Assembly: GCA_919902675.1 (NCBI GenBank)
Contig: CAKKRH010000023.1
Span: forward strand, 12,000 to 75,999
DNA length: 64,000 nucleotides
Direction of reading: 5' to 3'
Origin: Omnitrophica bacterium GWA2_41_15
GTDB taxonomy: Bacteria; Omnitrophota; Gorgyraeia; Gygaellales; UBA12090
Positions within the stretch are counted from its first letter, which is position 1. Each line of letters opens with the position of its first letter. This document shows, in pieces, positions 62,546 to 64,000 of this stretch. Both the position numbers and the translations under genes were made by a program. Below the pieces are notes generated by a model, which worked only from the letters and a program-made list of their open reading frames with translations, was not told where the DNA came from and made no database searches.

Positions 62546-63916
62546 TTATAAACTGTAAGTTTTTTCAACAGCTATTTTATATTTCCGAATCAAGTCGTAA
62601 AAGGAAACCCGGCTAATGCCAATCTCTTTGGCCGCCTCGCTAACACTTCCCTTGCTTTTGACTAAGGCCTCTTGAATGAACTTGATATCCAATTCTTCTC
62701 TGGCTTTTTTCAAAGACTTTATTTGATTTTCTTTATTGAGCCTTAAGCCTAAATCCTCAGGGACAATCTGAGAATGATTAGCCAGGATTACCGCTCTTTT
62801 AATCTTATTTTCCAATTCCCGGATATTGCCCGGCCAGGAATATTCACTCATTGCTTTCGCGGCCTCCCGGTTAAAGCCCCTTACCGGTTTATTATTTTCC
62901 TGGGCAAACCTGTTCAGGTAATACTCGGCCAAAAGCAGGATATCCTCTTCTCGCTCTCTTAGGGGCGGCAATAAAATAGTAACCACGCTTAAACGATAAT
63001 ACAAGTCCTCCCTGAAGGTTCCCTCCAGAATCTTCTTTTTTAAATCGCTGTTGGTGGCGGCAACAATCCTCACATCCAATACTATATGCTCGCTGGACCC
63101 CACCCTCTCTATCGTCCTTTCCTGTAGAAATCTAAGCATCTTGACCTGCAGGCCCAAGCTCATCTCGCCTATTTCATCCAGAAAAACTGTTCCCTTATTA
63201 GCCATCTCTAATTTACCTATCTTTTTGGTATAGGCATCAGTGAAAGAACCTCTTTCATGGCCAAAAAGCTCGCTCTCCAGAAGATTTTCCGGTATCGCGC
63301 CGCAATTTATCACCCCCAGCGGCTCGTCCTTGCGCGGACTGCAATAATGGACCGCCCTGGCCGCCAACTCCTTACCGGTGCCGCTTTCACCGTTAATCAG
63401 TACGGTAACATCGGTAGGCGATACCCTTCTGATAATATTAAACACATCCCGCATCCCGGGGCAGGAACCGATGATGTTTTCAAACTTATGCCTCTCTCCT
63501 AATTCCTGTGTCAGCCTTTCATTTTCCCGTTCCAATTTCTGGATGCAAAGGGCCCGTTTAAGAATTACCTTTATCTCCTCCAGGTTAATAGGCTTCTCAT
63601 AATAATCATAGGCCCCCAGCTTAATCGCCCTCAAGGCAAGCTCCCGGTTATTATTCCCGGTAATCATTATTACCTTCAATTTAGGGTCAATATTGAGCGC
63701 CTCTACCAATATATTCATCCCTTCCTGGGTATCGGCTAAAGAGGCGTCTAAACAGATATCCAAGGTTAATAGCTGGGGTTTTTTCTCCCGGATTAAATCT
63801 ATAGCCTTGGCTTTACCGGAGGCCTCGATAACCTCATAATCTCCGGAGAGGGCCCACCTTAGCTGCCTCCTTATTTCGTCTTCATCATCAACAATCAATA
63901 TCTTATCTTTTTCCAT
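62546..63916 (-). CDS. Sigma-54-dependent response regulator (PEP-CTERM-locus bEBP, PrsR-like)
   Basis: Receiver domain (ILIVDDEDE...), AAA+ domain (GESGTGKE, GSFTDA, ELFGHE) and a Fis-type HTH. The track ORF starts at a GTG at 63919; the ATG at 63916 overlaps the upstream kinase stop. Confidence 0.9.
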   Translation of the reverse strand: MEKDKILIVDDEDEIRRQLRWALSGDYEVIEASGKAKAIDLIREKKPQLLTLDICLDASLADTQEGMNILVEALNIDPKLKVIMITGNNNRELALRAIKLGAYDYYEKPINLEEIKVILKRALCIQKLERENERLTQELGERHKFENIIGSCPGMRDVFNIIRRVSPTDVTVLINGESGTGKELAARAVHYCSPRKDEPLGVINCGAIPENLLESELFGHERGSFTDAYTKKIGKLEMANKGTVFLDEIGEMSLGLQVKMLRFLQERTIERVGSSEHIVLDVRIVAATNSDLKKKILEGTFREDLYYRLSVVTILLPPLREREEDILLLAEYYLNRFAQENNKPVRGFNREAAKAMSEYSWPGNIRELENKIKRAVILANHSQIVPEDLGLRLNKENQIKSLKKAREELDIKFIQEALVKSKGSVSEAAKEIGISRVSFYDLIRKYKIAVEKTYSL

Positions 63917-64000
63917 CACCTATCCCGGTTGACCGGAAATCTTAGAGTAAAAGTCGTCCCCTCGCCCGGTTTTGACTGAACATCTATCTTACCTTTATGC
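63916..64000 (-). CDS. Sensor histidine kinase, C-terminal end only (rest outside window)
   Basis: My own translation of the minus strand: ...HKGKIDVQSKPGEGTTFTLRFPVNRDR*, a typical HATPase_c C-terminus. The stop overlaps the regulator start codon. Confidence 0.7.
   Translation of the reverse strand, partial: HKGKIDVQSKPGEGTTFTLRFPVNRDR

Noticed and set aside
1-64000. A search for tRNA, rRNA, tmRNA, RNase P or SRP RNA genes in the intergenic regions.
   Set aside because: No T-arm (GGTTCGAATCC-like) or cloverleaf pattern, and no rRNA-like conserved block, was recognisable by eye. The absence should be confirmed with tRNAscan-SE/Infernal.

Overview
A 64-kb bacterial chromosomal window, diderm by gene content (lptD, PEP-CTERM/exosortase). 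I cannot assign the lineage from the sequence alone.

(1) nt 1-9173: one end of an integrative, satellite/ICE-like mobile element.
- It carries an uncharacterised four-gene cargo operon: a SEC-C-motif protein, a HEPN-like protein, a PD-(D/E)xK-like protein and a frameshifted MBL/beta-CASP-like hydrolase.
- Downstream lie iteron-like repeats, a DUF5659-like gene, a prim-pol/SF3 primase-helicase, a dense ATGTCA-type repeat array and an excisionase-type HTH gene.
- The element ends with a large serine recombinase whose ORF runs 100 nt into miaB.

(2) 9-45.7 kb: housekeeping genes.
- miaB, a SPOR protein, miaA and hflX.
- A heat-shock supercluster: hspR-like gene, CIRCE, clpB, hrcA, grpE, dnaK, dnaJ.
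- accD and c-di-GMP genes (two GGDEF, two PilZ).
- lptD, ugd plus rmlCABD, smc, an ExeA/GspB-like pair and a PIF1-like helicase.

(3) 45.7-50.3 kb: a small accessory island.
- An MNT antitoxin with a decayed HEPN toxin.
- Two copies of an unassigned RNA-like element that ends in an intrinsic terminator.
- A cas3 HD-domain fragment fused to a two-spacer type I-E-like CRISPR remnant.
- TacAT, a DEDDh exonuclease and VapBC.

(4) 50.5-64 kb: rpoN, then a minus-strand PEP-CTERM/exosortase locus.
- It has two histidine-kinase/sigma-54-activator pairs, a PocR-GAF sensor and two PEP-CTERM proteins.
- Two near-identical sigma-54 promoters are visible.

Several intergenic regions carry unusual long hairpins whose arms are short tandem repeats, including CCCTAAA/TTTAGGG-type heptamers. 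A GTGTCATTGCGAG...CTCGCAATGACAC hairpin repeat family is also present. I recognised no rRNA or tRNA gene.
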